In this document: positions 62,301-64,000 of the stretch, piece after piece
Numbering within the stretch: position 1 is the first letter of the stretch
How the letters are laid out: the number at the start of each line of letters is the position of its first letter
NCBI GenBank assembly: GCA_030704615.1
Contig: CM060733.1
Coordinates: forward strand, 28,954,001 to 29,018,000
Length of the DNA stretch: 64,000 bases
DNA from: Takakia lepidozioides
Taxonomy: Eukaryota; Plantae; Bryophyta
Direction of reading: 5' to 3'
Made by a program: the position numbers and the translations under genes
The notes under the pieces: model-generated
What the model was told of the DNA's origin: nothing
Database searches by the model: none
The model's input: only the letters and a program-made list of their open reading frames with translations

Positions 62301-62567
62301 AATATCTTGTTTTCTAGTTTCTGTTTTCTAGTTTTCTCGTTACAGATGACCATGTAGCATTCTGAAAGTGTGTTTGTTCTTCGTGGATGCAGCTTTCTAA
62401 CAGAGGTGAAGGAGACTTTGGCTGCTTTTCATCCCATTCGATGTACAAAGCAAAGCAAGATAGAGACTACAATTGACTGGTCAACAGGGCTGGCCATCAC
62501 CGGTGTGGTGGTGGTCCTCCTCTGGTTGATGCTGAGACGCAGGCGGGTGAAGCCCAAGATCAACTGA
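41333..62567 (+). CDS. KNS3: KNS3/SPOT1 (At5g58100)-like secretory-pathway membrane protein, more than 20 exons
   Basis: Signal-peptide exon 41333-41407 (MKEGWAALMARVVVFLVLLLPVALA). Later exons: SVLSLFN (42138-42270), IPINFIFVGFAGEGNH, ELERWFAHID, YSVHAIEMGE, AYNIFVLNPK, WAFIDLTAGPFTWGPTVGGDGVR, TADGAFHYYEKI, VPVDVGLIKEAL (53327-53430), LSEDPALSMAFSVARR, LFIDKHYLAKALPDMV, DAVARSYV, then a TM helix and RRRVKPKIN-stop. Family recognised from memory; not all exon borders resolved. Confidence 0.85.
43245..44180 (-). mobile_element. Intronic LINE 3' fragment plus an extra 3' tail
   Basis: CKCPFCGQPEDNIHFLIHCPGY motif; conserved tail TCAATGGCCACAA[A/G]GCTA...TCTTATGAGTACATTCTCTC. Confidence 0.85.
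45545..46120. repeat. Tandem satellite, unit about 118 bp, about 5 copies, each with a palindrome
   Basis: GCCGCACACTGT recurs at 45554, 45677, 45794, 45912 and 46029. The unit contains AAACAGTGTGCG-TTGC-CGCACACTGTTT. Confidence 0.92.
53720..55110 (-). mobile_element. Older, diverged copy of the same LINE family (RT to C-terminus)
   Basis: Homologous to 55930-57428 (SYTYPGLELSCSCNWDTHIQKV, IDSISWK), heavily mutated. Confidence 0.8.
55265..57875 (-). mobile_element. Stack of tandem or nested 5'-truncated LINE copies
   Basis: 3' tails at about 55275, 55408, 55547, 55935 and 57430; RT motifs LSPLLFKVFI and PALMFADD (57240-57360); repeated EDNIHFLIHCP modules. Confidence 0.88.
58580..58635 (-). 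repeat. Solo LINE 3' tail between GA-rich tracts
   Basis: GAGAGAGAATGTACTCATAAGACGTTGTTTGCCGTAGCCTTGTGGCCATTGA. Confidence 0.8.
61271..61565 (+). other. U12-type (minor spliceosome) GT-AG intron
   Basis: 5' site GTATCCTT; branch-like CTCTTAAC at 61545-61552, about 13 nt from the AG; splicing restores the frame KEPT-H-EPSFHVIR. Confidence 0.85.
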
Positions 62568-64000
62568 TCCATAAACCTTTCTCCATTTGAGCTCTTATTA
62601 GGTAGATTCACTGTTGTATCTCTTCCTCCTTTCCTGCTCTTTCTTTCTTCTCTCATTCTCTCTTTCCCCCCGCCCGGCAGTGGACAAATGGACGTTGCTT
62701 TAGGCTTTCCCCCTTCGAAAGTCAGAGTCAAAATGTGTCGAGTAAATCCATGTAACAGTACTTCGAGCCCCATCTTGGTTAATAGCGAGAAGTATTCACT
62801 TTTTGAGCCGAGACCAGGCATTATGCGGTTAGCAAGTAGCAAGCAGTCTTTCATGTTCTCCCAATCAGCTCCTTCGCAGAGTAGAAGCTGAAGGTTCGGA
62901 ATAAAGGTAATGAAGGTAGCTGACATAACTGCGGTGGATACAGAAGTCACAGAGTGGGTTGATGGGTGGCTTCAAGAGTTTGAACACTAAGTTACCTTAA
63001 CACGTGAGTTCCTCCCAGGGTTGCAGATGGGAGACTCGGGTTCGAATCTTGCCAGTACGTATAATATTGCATTTATACATTTATACCGACGACAGTGAAC
63101 CACAGCGCACGCAAGCGCAGGGTTGGCCCGCAGCAGAGCGTGCGGAGGAGGGCATCGCCTGCGTGTCCGTGGAGGGGATATTCACGGTAGCAATATATAT
63201 ACTTGTATTGGGCGGTGCATAGCTGCAAAGCATCTGGGATAATTCCCAGCATTTTTGTGGCGGTTTTTAGGCTGCGAACCCCATATACCATCCACTGTGG
63301 GCCCACAAACCCAATATCTCATCCACTTGGGGCTTCCGGAAGGAAGGCCTCATCCTACAGAAAGTCACTTTCGTCCATATAGGGATGAATGTCGTCGAAA
63401 ACAGCAGCACTGTCCTTGTCAAATGACTGCGAGTAGTGCACGTGGTTCAAAAACTCTTCTCTTTCTTCTTCTATGTATTCTCTCCGTGTCGCGTTCGTGT
63501 GTGCGGATTGTGGAGCTGCATTCCATGGATCCTTGACTCGATTGTATCTGTTGATTAGCTTTTGAAACTAGCTGTGAGCTGTGTCCACCGCCATGTCCAT
63601 CTTGCAAGTGCCTTGCGGGGCTGCCATGCCCGCAGTCCTGGCTAATGTCTCTAATCCAACTTCGTGCTCGGAGGTTCATCTCTCCATAGAAAGAAACGCA
63701 CCTTTGGTGTTCAACCGGACATCTGTGCATCTGAAAGCATCGTCTGCTCTGTTGGCTGCTGACGATTCGCGGTCTGCTTGTTTCTCCGGACAGACTGCGG
63801 GCTTGGGATCGGCTGTTCGGCGTTCGGCGGGGAGGAAGTTGGCGTCCCGGAGGTTTCCGAAGCGATGCGGAATCCAGGGGTTGAAAGGTGCCGTGGTGTG
63901 TCAGGATGGAGGAGCTACCAATGTGCCTAGTAAGCTCACAGAGCAGGAGGAGTATGCCAAAGAGTGGGCTCATAAGCCCCGCCGTATTGCTCTATTTGTG

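Noticed and set aside
62960-63060. tRNA or tRNA-derived SINE head (GGGTTCGAATCTT)
   Set aside because: Only a B-box-like word; I could not build a cloverleaf or find a TSD.
63250-64000. 184-aa minus-strand ORF at 63419-63973
   Set aside because: No recognisable domain, and the other frames have stops; left unassigned.

Overview
Eukaryotic nuclear DNA, most likely from a land plant with flagellated sperm (bryophyte, lycophyte or fern grade; inferred from a sperm-tail PGPGAY-repeat gene next to plant-type intron-rich genes). There are three host genes: a SHIPPO/STPG-repeat gene (minus strand, 2235 to the window edge), chaperonin CCT2 (6473-12511, 11 exons) and a KNS3/At5g58100-like gene (41333-62567) whose introns hold LINE pieces, a satellite and one U12-type intron. 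The middle is a three-level nest: a PIF/Harbinger transposase is split by a young Ty3/gypsy chromovirus (20532-38222, 773-bp LTRs, TSD CTACC), whose gag is split by an 11.4-kb Mutator-like element (21778-33202, TSD GAAATATTG). The main finding is the cargo of that Mutator. Head-to-head with its GCM-like/DDE/SWIM transposase lies a spliced gene that joins a ParB/Srx-like domain (DGNHRL) to a beta-class N4/N6 DNA methyltransferase fold with altered catalytic motifs. The two large introns of this gene carry arrays of a 20-28-bp palindrome (GAATGTCGT-TG-ACGACATTC) at roughly 110-bp spacing. A separate 118-bp satellite at 45.5-46.1 kb has a palindrome with the same CG-TTGN-CG core. My hypothesis, which is inference only, is a transposon-borne ParB/parS-like self-marking or anti-silencing module. 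All calls were made by eye, with no database searches.
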